The notes beneath the pieces are model-generated. The model searched no databases. It saw only the letters and a program-made list of their open reading frames with translations, and had not been told where the DNA came from. DNA of 64,000 nt, taken from assembly GCA_038496445.1 (NCBI GenBank), contig JALMLS010000174.1, positions 2,362 to 66,361 on the forward strand, given 5' to 3'. Below, piece after piece: positions 1 to 12,917 of the stretch. Position numbers and translations under genes: made by a program. Source of the stretch: Trichosphaerium sp. ATCC 40318 (taxonomy: Eukaryota > Protista > Tubulinea). Positions within the stretch are counted from its first letter, which is position 1, and every line of letters starts with the position of its first letter.

Positions 1-2
1 CG

Positions 3-674
3 TTCTACAGACTCGTATGTCTCCCTGCGGATATCCAACTTGCGATCATACATACCGATTTTGAAATAAATAAAAAATGGGCTCTTCTTTGTTATGGCAC
101 AGCGACGAGCACAAGGTTTAACGCTAAATTGGATAAATATGGCACATGGGAGGCACGTGATAAACGTGGAAGACTAAGACGCCGTGTGCACTTTAATTCG
201 GTTGGATTGAAAGAAGGAACATACAAAAGTTGGCACAGAAAGGGAACGCTTAAAGTGTGGGCTAGGTATCACCTAGGACAAAAACGGGGGAAATATGAAA
301 GTTTTTACAGCAATACAAATCGAGAAATACTATCTCACTACAAGTACAACGTCAAACATGGTCCTTACAAGACATTCTTTCGGAATGGTGATCCCATGGT
401 AGAGTGTAATTACTATAAGGGCAGGTTTCATGGCCAATATAGGCAATGGAATAAGGAAGGACACTTGATTGGCTATATTGAATTCAAAAGAGGTAAAAGA
501 CACGGTTTGTATAAAAGATGGGAAAATGGAATTTTAACAGCACATGCCTTATATGAACGTGGCGTCCTTGTTCGTGATAGAGCTATGAAGAAAAGTGCTG
601 GTCAATCAATGGCTAATATTAGTCCGAGGGAATTTAGGAGGTATGGTTACAGGACATCACTACGACACACGTAG
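3..674 (+). CDS. Intronless F-box-like + MORN-variant repeat protein (5' end lies outside the window)
   Basis: Frame 3 is open from base 3 (FYRLVCLPADIQLAIIHTDFEINKKWALL...) into the 129..674 ORF. It carries ~24-aa G-x-x-x-G-x-Y-x-x-W/F repeats. The N-terminus aligns by eye with 60830..61732. Confidence 0.75.
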   Translation, partial: FYRLVCLPADIQLAIIHTDFEINKKWALLCYGTATSTRFNAKLDKYGTWEARDKRGRLRRRVHFNSVGLKEGTYKSWHRKGTLKVWARYHLGQKRGKYESFYSNTNREILSHYKYNVKHGPYKTFFRNGDPMVECNYYKGRFHGQYRQWNKEGHLIGYIEFKRGKRHGLYKRWENGILTAHALYERGVLVRDRAMKKSAGQSMANISPREFRRYGYRTSLRHT

Positions 675-944
675 TCATTAGGCGTTTTTTATGGCTGTAC
701 AAATGTAAATAAAAAAAGTGTGAATTTCGAGACTAGGAACTGGCACTCCGCTGAGCTACACCATCAAATGCACAGATCGAAAGGCCCTTATAATTTGGTC
801 ATTCTGATTAATTACTGCCTAGTTAATGAAGTATTTGTGCACCGTTATGGCGCCCTATTTGCAGTCTGTGCTTAAACATTGTTGAACAGTGTGGACTCTA
901 AAACATCTTCTCATTCATTTTATTGGAGGCAAGGAGTTTCAGTA

Positions 945-2883
945 ATGGCGGCACTCAGTGACCTCGAGCCAATGCGGATACGCGACCTTGTCGACTACAT
1001 AACAAGCGTTGAAGCTACACGTACGTTTTGGTTTTTTCAGTTCAGGTTCTTTCATCGCATCCACACCAAACGGTTTTATCAATCCCTGCGAGCTTTGGTT
1101 TTTAAACAAACTACATTTCTGCAAATGGTGTTTTTCTCCCTGACGTCCCCCTTTTCATTACCCAGCTATCCACCGTGTAACTCTCTATGCGTAGCCGAGT
1201 GTAGGCAAGCTGTTGTTCTAACTATGGATTATTACACAACCAAACATAGGCTCCTGTCCAAGGTGTTCGACGGGTATGCGCACGTGTTTATTTCATGGGC
1301 TTCCAAACTTATTTTTGTTTGCGAGACATTTTGTAATTGGTTAAATAGATTCCTTAATACCGGAGACGCAAAGAAACGTGATTTACTCCTAGAATTTTTA
1401 TTCGCATGGTGGCATACACGCCGACGTGAACTTAAAAACGACACCAAATTTACAGACCGTATTAAAGCTTTTGCAGCAGAACTGCTGGAACGTGAAGACG
1501 TGCAAGAATATGGCATGAGAGTAACCAGACAGGTACGATACACCCGCAGCATCGTATTCGTTTTGAGCGATTATTCCATTTGTGTGGAAAATCAATAAAA
1601 CATCACGTGATTTTCACGTGATCATAAAAAATAATCTAACATGTTTTAGATGATCACTGCTCCTTTGAAAAGGTTTGGTAGTAAAAACACAAGGCTTCAG
1701 AGGCGAGTTGTCGCCGTCAAAGTGACCGATTCTTTGCGAAGTATTCAACAAAAAAAAAGCTAAATTGGTTTGGATTATTGAAGTTTACAAATATTTTAGT
1801 TTCACGCTTCACGTGGCGAAATTTGAACGCAGAAAGACTTGCAATGTACCTCACAATGGTTGATCAGGAACTCACAAATGATATAAGAAACGCAGACTTG
1901 CTACAAGGGTATAAAATTGTCTAACAATTGAATTGTACTTGCTTATAACGTTAGACGCTGGAACCTAAAAAAAGGTCACAATGTAAAAGCATCGGCAGTG
2001 CGTGTTCACAGGCTAATAGACTGGTCCAACATGGTGCAATATTCATTTACTAGCAGTAATATTTATTGTGTGTTTTAGATAGGAGATTGGGTGGCTACAG
2101 TTATTTGTATGGCTCCAAAAACAAAACAAAGAGCTTTTGCAATCTCGTACTTTGTTCGGGTTTTAAAAGTACGTAGCATACGATATACAATATAAATAAT
2201 CCCTTACGGTCGATTAGCACTTGCGACACTTCAATAGCTTTAATTGTTTGTTTGTGGTGTGGTCTGCATTATCTAGCTTAGCCGTACAATTCCTAAGAAG
2301 GTGTGTTCCTATTTTTCAATCGCTTTTACTGATATCTCTCAGAGAATGGAAAGAGCTCTCTTCAGAACTACGTGATGTCTGGGACGCCGTGAATGTGGTA
2401 CTGAGCATGTCCGGTAACTTTCAAAACTACAGAGATACTATTGATGCAGCGCAACCTCCTGCCATACCATACTAGGTACACATTCACTTGGCATAAATCC
2501 ATCATTTCTAACAATTTACTTTAGGATTGCTACTACAAGATATCATACACGCGGAAACCGATGAAACATTTGTAACGCAGCCATCAGAATGTAGGCGATC
2601 AAAGTACCGCAAACGTATTAATTTGAGCAAAATGAGCACTATTGCCACAACGTTGAGTACAAGGGAAAAGAGTCTGGATGACTACCGATGGCTTACAGAC
2701 CTATCACCAATTACTGGATCGTACTTTCTTCACTTGAACAATCACGAGGAGGTACTTGGTACTGAGGCTCTAAAACAAAGAGTAAAATCATTACCAAAGG
2801 AGTCAGTATCTAAAAGACAAGCACACAGAATAAGACGCACGTGGAGTTTATCACGTGTCAAAAAGCATAAAGTGTACACGTGA
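945..2883 (+). CDS. Ras guanine nucleotide exchange factor (REM + CDC25 domains), multi-exon
   Basis: REM-like segment AVVLTMDYYTTKHRLLSKVF...LLEFLFAWW. CDC25 motifs NSFNCLFVVWSALSS and GNFQNYRDTIDAAQPPAIPY(LG)LLLQDI. GT-AG introns separate them. An upstream exon is possible. Confidence 0.8.
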
Positions 2884-3804
2884 ATTCACCAATGTAATAA
2901 ATTAATATGTAAAATAACAATACGAGCAACGAAGCAACTTGATTATGAGAACATGCTCTATGAATCTGCAATTACGGTTTGGTAACCCACAACAATGTGT
3001 ACACCAACAAGAAGGATGGAAAAGGATCGATACTGGTAATCTGTAAGTTATCGGGTTTTAGTGCTACTTTTTGCAAGATTTTTTATCTGTGGCGTTAATA
3101 ACGTCGTAGAGGATGTCCACCAAAGCTATAATGAAGTTTTGCGTACAACCAAACCAAGAATTCTACACGAGTGCCGAAAATCTAAATTATGTCGCTATTC
3201 CATCTATTACGCCTCCCAGCACTCTAGATAATCTCTCGAGAGTTTCTCAGCGAATTTCAAGCCCAAGAGTATAAACCGCGATATGGAGCCCAAAACTAAG
3301 TACCTCATTGTCGTGACGTATGGCAGTCTTTCTTTATATGTGTTGTCGTCACTTTCGGAATTATTTAAGCGCATGTATTCCCGTTTAGTTCGGTCTTTTC
3401 CTTTTTAACCGCCCCCGTTGCATCAAGCAGACAGCAAATATAAAAAAGAAACAAAGAATTCGCGCGTTAGCTTATTGTATGACAACCGAATGATACCACT
3501 ACATAAACTGCGTAAAGCTAAAACTGAATTCGATTTCGTTGCAGCCAAGTGTGTAAGCATGCGTTTTTAAAGAGTATTTTGCATTCTTCTCTCGTTTAAT
3601 ATACCCAATAAGTAACACAAATTAATTGAAAAATTTATAGGTGATTTGTTGCGCACGGATACCCCTTTCAGAGGTCAACTCTCACATTTGTAGCGCGTCG
3701 GTAATTATTTATTTTTATTTTTTGAAAAACAAACGCATTGGCTGCTCAAAAGCACATCAACGCCTTTCAATTATTCGCCGTAACTCAGGTAGATTGCGCG
3801 CAAG

Positions 3805-6550
3805 ATGAAGAGAAGAGCCAGATCTGTTGGGAGCGCCTTCAACTTTACAGGCGTCGATTTTAAGCACGCGACGGTAGTACACCGTCGTGTACGCTCAAAA
3901 TCACTCAATGTAAAGGAGAATGATAAAAAGAAAGCTGTGAGAAGGACGCGAAGCTTTAATGAGTTGACACCTAAAGAACCTCAAAAACCAAGGAAACAGC
4001 GTAAAACAGGCATACGCTCGTGGAAGTTTGACAATAAACTTTACGTTTCTACGCCACAAAAGAAGCGTAGTAAGAGTACGTTATTTTTTTCCATGACTCG
4101 GGCATTGCCAGTGTGAACGAGTCGCCGTCAATTTTTGAAAACGAAAAAAATTACTTTTGCTTTTTTTTCTTCTTTTTCTTATTCTTGTCTCTCACAAACA
4201 ATCGCGAGCCAATATAACTATAAAATTTAATATTTACACCGTATCCACAATAGCTATGCTTGTTTTCGGTACATTCCAAACAGAAAATGCTATTTTGGCA
4301 AAAAACCTTTTGCGAACCGCTACCACTTGCCATTAAAATACACTCAATTATTTTTTGATTGTTTTCAAAAGGAGCACAAAAAGTACTTCTTTTTTTACCA
4401 TCAGCCATAAATTTTTTTCATTTTTAGCGCTTTTGTTCGGAAAAAAAAATTGCCAGAAATAACTCAAAAAAAATTGCAAGTCAATAGCCTTCCTTGTGCA
4501 ATTTCCTGCGCGCTAGCACGTAATTAACCCATATCCTTGTAGAGAAGAAAGGACATCGCGGTCAATCTCGTCAGAGTCGTAAGAAGAACGGCCGTTCACC
4601 AAAACCAGCAAGACGCGCTACTAAAAAGCCGGAACGTGTTGTCATCGTCAAGGAGAAGAGAGAGGAGCGATTTCTTTTCTCACACAACTTCGTTGATTAC
4701 TATTTGGTCACACATCGCCCAAATTGGCCAAAACATCAACCACAACAACCTGCAGTAGCGTCCAAGCCCACCAAGGCGACAGCTGCACCAACAACGTCAG
4801 AGAAGACTAAAAAAGTTGGTGGACCACCAAAACCCTTAAAACTACAACAAACAGCGTCAACTACGCCGCCAACCAAAGTAAAACAACATCTTTCAAGCAG
4901 CGCTCCAATGGCACCCGAAAATTCGCCGCAACTCGAAGCAAAAGTAGAGACAAAACCATCTCTACCCTCCCCTCCAATGGCACGCCGTCGTAGGTCCCGC
5001 AGAACGAATGTGCCTAGCAAAGGTGGACGTGGTAAGGGTAAGAAATACATGAGCCGTGCGTTTAAGTATCCCTGTCCCTATTATGTATCACCCTCCCCCT
5101 ATGTATATATTATAGAGACGCGGTTACAAAGCGCTACTAATGATTTCAAAATAACGACGTCGGTGCAATCTCTCTCAGTTGGTTTGTGTCTTTTTTTTTA
5201 TTATTCTTGAAAGACATGACATGACACACCCAACCTGATTGCACCGACGTTGTCAAAATTGAAATTTCGAAATTATCCTTTTTTGCCTTAATACCCTAAT
5301 TTGCAGGTCGCAGGCGCCTGGTTTTTTGTTGTTTTTTTCTATTTTTTTCTGACCTTATTACAAAGTGCCTCTATCACGATCTCTGGGTTCGTCTTTACCA
5401 CATACACCACCTGTGTTTAGAAAGACAGAAGATGAGGAAGGAAATCAAAAACAACCTAAGCGACGTGCTCCTAGACCTATTAAAACACTAGGCGCTCCAG
5501 TATTGCCTTATTGGTTGGTCAAAGGTAATAAAAACAAGCAACAACTTCATTTTAGGCTACAAAGCCTTGTACTGTTTTTTTTGACTACGCGCATAGCCTC
5601 GCACTATTTTGCGATTAATACAGCCCCAAAACAAATTTAATGCTAACTTATTTCCCAGGCACACCGCCACCAAAACCTGGCGATACTATCCCTCAATTGG
5701 TGCTTGAGAGTTCAACTGCAGAGGAAAAGGAGAAGATGGGTAAAGGCACTCGTGTTCGACGACGAAGCAGAGGATTTCGAATGGCTAAAACGCCTTGGAG
5801 AAAACCAGAGATTAAATCGATTGATCCTGCAACCCTTAGCACTCCTGCTCCAGATTTTAACACAATTCTTGCCAAAGAACGTGAAGCCATCACTGTCAAG
5901 GTCACCGTACCGGATCAAATTGATGAGGATTATGTAGAAGGCATACATATATTGCTCGAGACATATCACCACAAGAATGCCTTGCACCTCCTGCGGTATG
6001 TCAAATCATTCAGTATTTTTTAAGTGCTTTTTTCAAAAACTCAAGAGGTTGGACTTACTTTGGATTTAGGACGACTGAAGAGGGTCGTAAGACAATGGCT
6101 ATATCCATATTGATACGCGATAAATTACGTCAAAAGGAAAAGCGCCGTGAGCACGTGACACAGCACGAGTTTCAGCTGCTATCATTTGTTGATGCGTTCT
6201 TGTTTCAACAACTATTTTATCAAAGCGCAAAGGGTAAAGATCAAGCTGAGGATGAAAAATTAGACAAGAAACCTACTGACAACAAAACCGCAAAAACATC
6301 TACACCACCAAAACCTGCGCCTGCTGCCAGTGAGACGACAGAGGTTCAAGATACCGAGCCAACTGACCAACAAGCCAAACCAGTAGATCAATCTGCTGAA
6401 CAGGAGAACACCGACACCACACCATCACCTTCACAACCAAAGGCGTTAGTGGACGAGCCATCCGCAGATGAGGAAGAGATCTCTGATCCAAAGAAAGAAA
6501 TCAAAGAAGAGGAGGAAGAGGAACCACGTCAGGTTGACGACGATGAGTGA
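3805..6550 (+). CDS. Orphan basic/Pro-rich low-complexity protein, 5 exons
   Basis: ORFs 3805, 4704, 5365, 5640 and 6095 join in frame through phase-compatible GT-AG introns. No family motif recognised. Confidence 0.6.
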
Positions 6551-6868
6551 ACGTCATGACTTGATAGCTTCATTCTCAATCATCTCGTGGCTTTGCACAC
6601 CTGGCGAACGGGTTACATTTTTTGCTTCTCGCGAGTCCAATTTTTCGTTATTAGACTGTACTTTTAGCTTGTAAATAAGAATTAGATAAGTATTAAAAAA
6701 ACACCATGCACATTTATGTATGTCTGCCTACTCTAAAAATATTGCTTTTGTTTTGTAATGCAAACAGAATTAGTTTGGGGGTTTGTTTTATTTTTTGACT
6801 GTACAGTTTGTGTGAGTTGATGCAACAACCACACGCAAAATTTGAGGAAAAGTTCGGTGTGTGAGTAT

Positions 6869-8925
6869 CTATTCTTTGTATTGCCTGGAGCGAACAATCT
6901 TCGTATCACTAATACCGCCTTCGCCGGTGTATGCCTTTGTTTTGTCTCGCATCTTGGCTTGACCAGAACGATTCTTCTTTTTCTCGAACCGTTTCTTGGC
7001 CTTAACGCGAGGATTGGATCGAGTCCTCTTGACTGTACCACGTGCACTTCTGATTTCTTCTGTGATGCCACGCTTGGCGCCTTTATCGACTGTATCATTG
7101 TAATAGTCAAAAGACGTTCTCTGCCTCTTGCTTGGTTGTTCTCTAAGGAATCCTAGATCGTCGTCATCTATAGGCATGGAGTCATCACCCAATCCCAGAT
7201 CCTCATCGTTGCCCATAGCATCGACCGGTGTACTTGGCCTGAGCTTAGTGTTAGCGAGGGTGCGGGCGCAAGTGTGGAAAGTATTTTATGGTACACGCAC
7301 GTTGGTTGTTTCCTCTTGACGCCTTTGGATGGGACCTTATCTGGTTCTGCGTCGAAGAAAGCTTTAAGTGAAGCATCTTCTTGTTGGCCTCTGATTTGTG
7401 TGAATTCGGGTATGGTAGGGGCGGTGTCTTTGCCCTGTTCCCATTTCGCAATGTCGCCAAAGGACTCGATACCAGCCAAAGGATTGAACTGTCCAGGCTT
7501 CACCCTTGATTTCTTGATGCCCTTCGCACGCTTGTAGTTGTCCTCTTCCCATTCACGTTGTTTTCTAAGAAGTTTGGCATGCGCTTTCGATTTTGCAATG
7601 TCATCGAGGCCAGTTGTTGTCCCTTCTTCTGGTGCTTCACCAAACTCTTGCATGAGAAAGTCAGCCATGCCTGTTCTCTGTGCTTGTCTTCGCTTCTTGT
7701 CTTGTGCTTTCTCTCCTAAATAACCAGGGTAGTCAGTTATCAGTCACAATTTTTTTTTGAAGGCCAGTGAGAGGCAAGTCACAAAAATGTATGTCGACAC
7801 GTACGCTTCTTTGTGATGTGCTCTGGTAAATTTTGTACTGCTTTGTACTTGGCGTCTTGGTCTTGTTCCTCGTCATCAGAATCGTCCATATCCAGACCTG
7901 GTCTGTGAGCCAAATCGTCATTGGCAATGGCGCCAGTGGCAGCCATACGGAGTAGTTTGTCAATTTGATATTTAAGTTTTGTGTCAAGGGATGACAACCG
8001 TTGAAGGAACGTCCTGTGAAGGACAAGCTGTTCAATAACAGGATGATCTTTAATTGACCTTCCTGACGTTTTCAACAATAAATAAAATGCTACATCTATG
8101 CAGTAAGCGAGCAACAAATCTATATTTTTAGGTCAAGGAAATAAGTGATAAAAATCAACAAAAATGTCATCAAAGAATATGTCGGTGGTAGGATACGCAA
8201 TTTAACCTCGAGGTAGCTGAGACCCTTGTTCGTTGGTAAAGCTGCTTTCCTCAATCTCTCCAAGAGTGGTAGTACGCGCTCTTTGACCTGCTTGAGCTGC
8301 AACTTGAAAGAGTCGCAGAGTTTGACGACCTCCTCGCTGTCATCTACCACAATTTTTGTAACCTTTGTGGATCGTTTTGTCGTGACGGCGCCCAGGTCGT
8401 GTTTTCTAAAGCCTGATGATCCTTGTTGAGCGCCTTGGAACATGTCCATGGCGTCGTCGTCTGACAGCTCTTCTAATTGTGATTCTTTGGCATCTCTTGC
8501 TTGTACTTCTTCCAAGAGCTCGTTTCCTACGTGTTTGGTTAAACATGGTCCAATTTTGGCGCAAACAAACAGTAATTCGCTGCCGCTGTTCAATTAGGCT
8601 TCGTTTGCGCCTTGTTGGGCGTAGGGCGTGGCTTTTACAGATTAATTGTTGGTTAAAAATTTTACCTTTTTTCTCAGGATCTCTGGTGTTTACTAAATCC
8701 TTCTGTTGGATATATTCATTACCACGATAATCTTCTGCGTCTTCTCCGAAGCGACTTCTTTCGCCTTGCACTTGTTTGTATACATCACGCTGTAAATACA
8801 ATAAATACGCCAAATAGAGCAGTAATAGACAGTACCGAGTCACGAACGCCCTTTTTCACGTATTTTGTTCTATTTCGCAAATCTTCTCTCAACGCCTCAA
8901 CGTCAGCGTGTGTCCTGGTTGACAT
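6869..8925 (-). CDS. UTP3: SSU processome Sas10/Utp3-family protein with neuroguidin/Lcp5-like middle and Sas10 C-terminal domain
   Basis: Sas10/Utp3/C1D domain KGLSYLEVKL..LLAYCIDVAFYLLLK..HPVIEQLV..LDTKLKYQIDKL. C-terminal KRGITEEI..NPRVKAKKRFEK..YTGE..VRS. Confidence 0.85.
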
Positions 8926-9025
8926 TTTGCTGTACTGAGTAGAAATCAAAAATGTAAATGGAATTTGCTTGACTTGAGTTGTTGGCTATTCAGTTCCTAT
9001 ATTTTGACGCTGCAACGTTAACGCC
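8926..9025. promoter_or_regulatory. Putative 100-bp bidirectional promoter (UTP3-like / dynamin)
   Basis: Divergent ATGs at 8925 (-) and 9026 (+). Confidence 0.55.
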
Positions 9026-12021
9026 ATGGACAATTTAATACCCGTAATAAACAAACTTCAAGACGTATTCAACGCTGTTGGGTCACACGGTCTTGATTTG
9101 CCTCAAATTGTAGTTGTTGGAAGGTACCTGGTTAGTTGACGCATGTTTCAGGGCTAACAATTGGTTACAGTCAGTCTAGTGGCAAAAGTTCAGTATTGGA
9201 GAACCTAGTTGGCAGAGACTTCCTTCCTAGAGGTGGTGGCATCGTTACCCGACGCCCGTTAGTTCTTCAACTAATTAATCTGCCTAAAACAGACCAAGAC
9301 TCCGGTACGCGTGTCTAAGCACCCAACGCCGGCGCCTCAGGCATCAAAACAATCTTAAAAAAAATGCAGTGCTTTTCTGTGACTAAGGGTTCTAATAACT
9401 CACTACAACACTGTAGGTGAATGGGGAGAATTCAGCCATCTACCAAATGAAATGTTTCACGATTTCAACAAAATACGTGCCGAAATCCAACGCGAGACGG
9501 ACAGGCTTGTAGGCACCAACAAAGGCATATCACCTCTGCCAATTGGCCTAAAGATTTACTCTCCTCACGTACTAAACTTGACACTCGTCGATTTGCCTGG
9601 TATGACGCGTGTCGCTGTTGGCGATCAACCGTAAGTACTCTGTCCTTGAAGAATTATTCTCAAACCTACTCAAATTTACAGAATCACGACAAGGGCACCA
9701 TTCGCGTGTGCACTGTTGTCTCGAACTTTTAAGAATAATTCACCCGTTTTTTTACATTTGTAAAATGTCATTTTGCACATGCCATTATTTTTTTACCATG
9801 TGTTGACGTTGTTTGTCCCCTGTAGGCACGACATTGAAGAACAAATTCGTAAAATGATAATGTCTTACATTGAAAAGAAGAATGCCATTATCCTCGCTGT
9901 ATCGCCGGCCAACCACGATCTCGCCAACTCTGACGCTTTGAAAGTGGCACGTATTGTAGATCCACAAGGAGAGCGGACTATTGGCGTCTTGACAAAGTGT
10001 GACATCATGGACAGAGGGTGCGTACCCGCCTTCAACGCATAGAAATCCAATTATCCAAGTACTGTCAAGCCCCCTTCTAACACTATTGCCTAGCACTAAT
10101 GCCAACGATATTCTAACAGGGCGTGTGTATCCTCTAAAGCTTGGATTCATCGCTATTGTGAACAGGAGTCAAGCTGACATTATTGCTGAAAAGTCAATCA
10201 AGCGTGCTCTCACAGACGAGAAGGCTTACTTTAAAAAAGAGTACACTGATCTCGCACACCGCTGTGGTACTGCCTTCCTCGCAAAGACGCTCAACAAGGT
10301 ACGTAAATGAACTCCTGATACGATGACTTACTAGCAGAGTGTAGCTGTTGCTTCGACACATTAGATACTGCCTTCCTTCCCTCAAAACAGAGATTCAAAA
10401 ACATTATTTAGAGGCACAACAAGAGTTAAATTCGTATGGCGATGTCATGTACGACTCTGAAACGAGCAAGGTATTGCGAGAGTGATGGTCACGTATGTGT
10501 TTCATTAATTCATGTTCGTTATTAGGGTGCAGCGCTCTTGCAAATATTAACAAAATTCTCAACTGCTTATCGCGATTCTATTGACGGAAAGCTTCAAGAC
10601 AGCTCAGCCAACGAGTTGTACGGTGGTGCGCGTATCAATTACATTTTCAATGAGGTGTTTGGTCAGTGCATCTCCAAGATGGCTGTTGACGGCCTCAATC
10701 CTAATGATATACGCACTGCTATCCGTAATGCCACTGTGCGTCCTATTATTTACACGTTTGAGCTTGTAGACAAAGTTGTACTTATAATTGACTTCAGGGA
10801 CCACGTACTGCCTTGTTTATTCCTGAGATTGCGTTTGATCTCCTAGTAAAGAAGCAAATCACGCGACTAGAGGATCCATCCTTACAGTAAGGCGATTAAA
10901 AAAAAAATAGAGCAAGACGTCAGTTTCGCTCACAGTGTGGTGTTTAGGTGTGTAGATGCTGTATACGATGAGCTCCTCCGTATTGTGTCTCAAATTGAAT
11001 CAAAAGAACTATTGCGATTTAGTACGCTCAGAGAAAAGGTTGTGGCTGTAGTACACGATCTATTGGGAAACTGTCGCGAACCAACCAAGAAGATGATTCG
11101 CAATTTAATACAGATTGAACTTGCTTTCATCAACACGGCACATCCTGACTTTATAGGTAATCATGACCCCCCACATGGAATCTCTAGTTTTCTAAATATC
11201 TATTAGGAAGTACTGGGGCCCTTGGTAGCATTTTGGAGAAGATGGTTAAAGAGAGAGTGCGCTTCAGTCAATACTCCAAATTTTTCTAAATTGTGCCTTT
11301 GTAGGTAAAGGAAGAGGATAGACAACGACGTGCAATGCAAGCACAACAACAAGCGCAACAACAAGGGTACCCTCAAGGGCAGCCACAAAGACCACCACAA
11401 CCGTATCCAGATAGTCACCAAGAGGACGATTATTCGTCATCCTCCTTCTTTGGCTTCTTTTCGCGCTCTGGGAAGCCATCCAAGTCTAAAAAGTCCTCGC
11501 GCCAAAAGACAAACGCCGCAAGCGTACCAAACAAACTGGAACAGGTTCGTTCTCGTCAAATGTGACTCATGCGCGCCCGATTGCGACAAGTACTCACAAA
11601 TCGTCACTAGGTGCCTCAACGTATTAACATCCCAGACACGCACGCTCCTTCTGATAAAGAGCGTCTAGAGATTGATGTCATTCGTACGTCTATTGGCTGG
11701 CTCTTTTTTGCCTGTTAAAAGTGTTGAGGGCTATCACTTACTGGTTTTTTTCTAGAATCCCTCATTCTTTCGTACTTTGATATCGTCCGTAAGAACATCC
11801 AAGACTCCATTCCAAAGGCCATCATGCACTTTTTGGTGAATAGATCAAAGAGCAATGTACAAAGCGATCTCGTGACCAACCTGTACAAAGAAGATTTGTT
11901 CGATGAGCTATTGGAAGAGGACAGCAGCATTGCAGGACGACGCAAGGCCAGTAAACAAATGGTAGATATGTTGAGGAAGGCCAGTCAGATTCTCAATGAG
12001 ATTCGTGATACACAAATCTAA
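9026..12021 (+). CDS. DRP1: Dynamin-related GTPase (Drp1/Vps1/DymA type), multi-exon
   Basis: [55 protein letters not shown], and a GED ending (IMHFLVN...LNEIRD). Drp1 versus Vps1 orthology is not resolved. Confidence 0.93.
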
Positions 12022-12132
12022 TCCCAGGCTCTCCTTCTACTTTGTACAAAAACAAGCTCTTTTTTTTTTGATCGTTTCTTTGTAAGTTGTGGTTGAAAAA
12101 AAACAAGTTGCCCCACCCATTTTAATCGTGGT

Positions 12133-12917
12133 TTATTTTGCATTGGCTGTCTCTTCCACCGGTTGTACTACATTGTTGCCACCGTTTCGTCGTTCGTTGA
12201 TACGGTCTCTGTCTTCCTTGTATTGTAACATTATCTTCTCGACTTGCTCCTGCTCTGCCTTTGCTTGTGCAATTCGTGATGGTGATTTAATCTCTCGTTT
12301 CTCCATAATATTCAATTGGTAGTTTAGCACATCTACAACAGTTTTTTTTTGTAAGCACGTGATACGAACCGCCACGTTTGCAAAAGAAAGGGTTATATAT
12401 AGGTACACTTACCAATGCCAACAGTGAGGTTTTGCTCGTTGTACACCTCAAGTACCATCCACTCTTCGAATTCAAATACAATCTTCTTGAACCCAATCGT
12501 GTTCATAAACTCTGTGCCGCCTTTTACGTTAGCAATGCGCGTCCTGAAGCTGTAGGGCTATACTTAGTATTTTTGTAACGTCAAACAACAAAAAGAGGTG
12601 TCAGTCGCCCTCCCACGGCGATATTAGTCGTAGTGGAGGGTCATCAAAACAATTTGCGTACGTGTTGCTTCGCATTTTGATCTTGCGTATCTTTTCGTTG
12701 TTAGGCTCCTGCATTATCCTTGATATGATGCGAATAAGCGTCTCTATCATTGTTTTTATATTCTACAACTGATTTAGCCGGAATTTCAACAAGTTGGGCT
12801 GTTTAATGCCTTGGGAGGTTCTCTCCTCGTTGTTTGGAGGTCAAATATCCTGTACAAGGTCTTGCGCTTTTGTTTCATCGCCTCAGTGTACTTTATCGCC
12901 GTTGTCGGTTGGCTCAT
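12133..12917 (-). CDS. PUB (PUG) domain protein, putative p97/Cdc48 adaptor
   Basis: Spliced translation gives TLIRIISRIMQEPNNEKIRKIK..N.FRTRIANVKGGTEFMNTIGF, a PUB signature, followed by a coiled-coil tail. Confidence 0.7.

Noticed and set aside
712-770. Minus-strand Pol III A-box-like TAGCTCAGCGG followed by oligo-T (tRNA/SINE?)
   Set aside because: There is no convincing B-box or cloverleaf; tRNAscan or Infernal would be needed.
879-1598. Stand-alone 239-aa protein
   Set aside because: It is the REM half of the RasGEF gene read through stop-free introns.
1601-1625. Clustered TCACGTGA (E-box/CDEI-like) motifs, also at ~39264, ~56143 and ~63019
   Set aside because: They are mostly intronic or at 3' ends, and ACGT words are common in this genome, so enrichment cannot be shown by eye.
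2900-3800. Possible small gene between RasGEF and the orphan
   Set aside because: Only short frames with no recognisable motif or consistent splice model.
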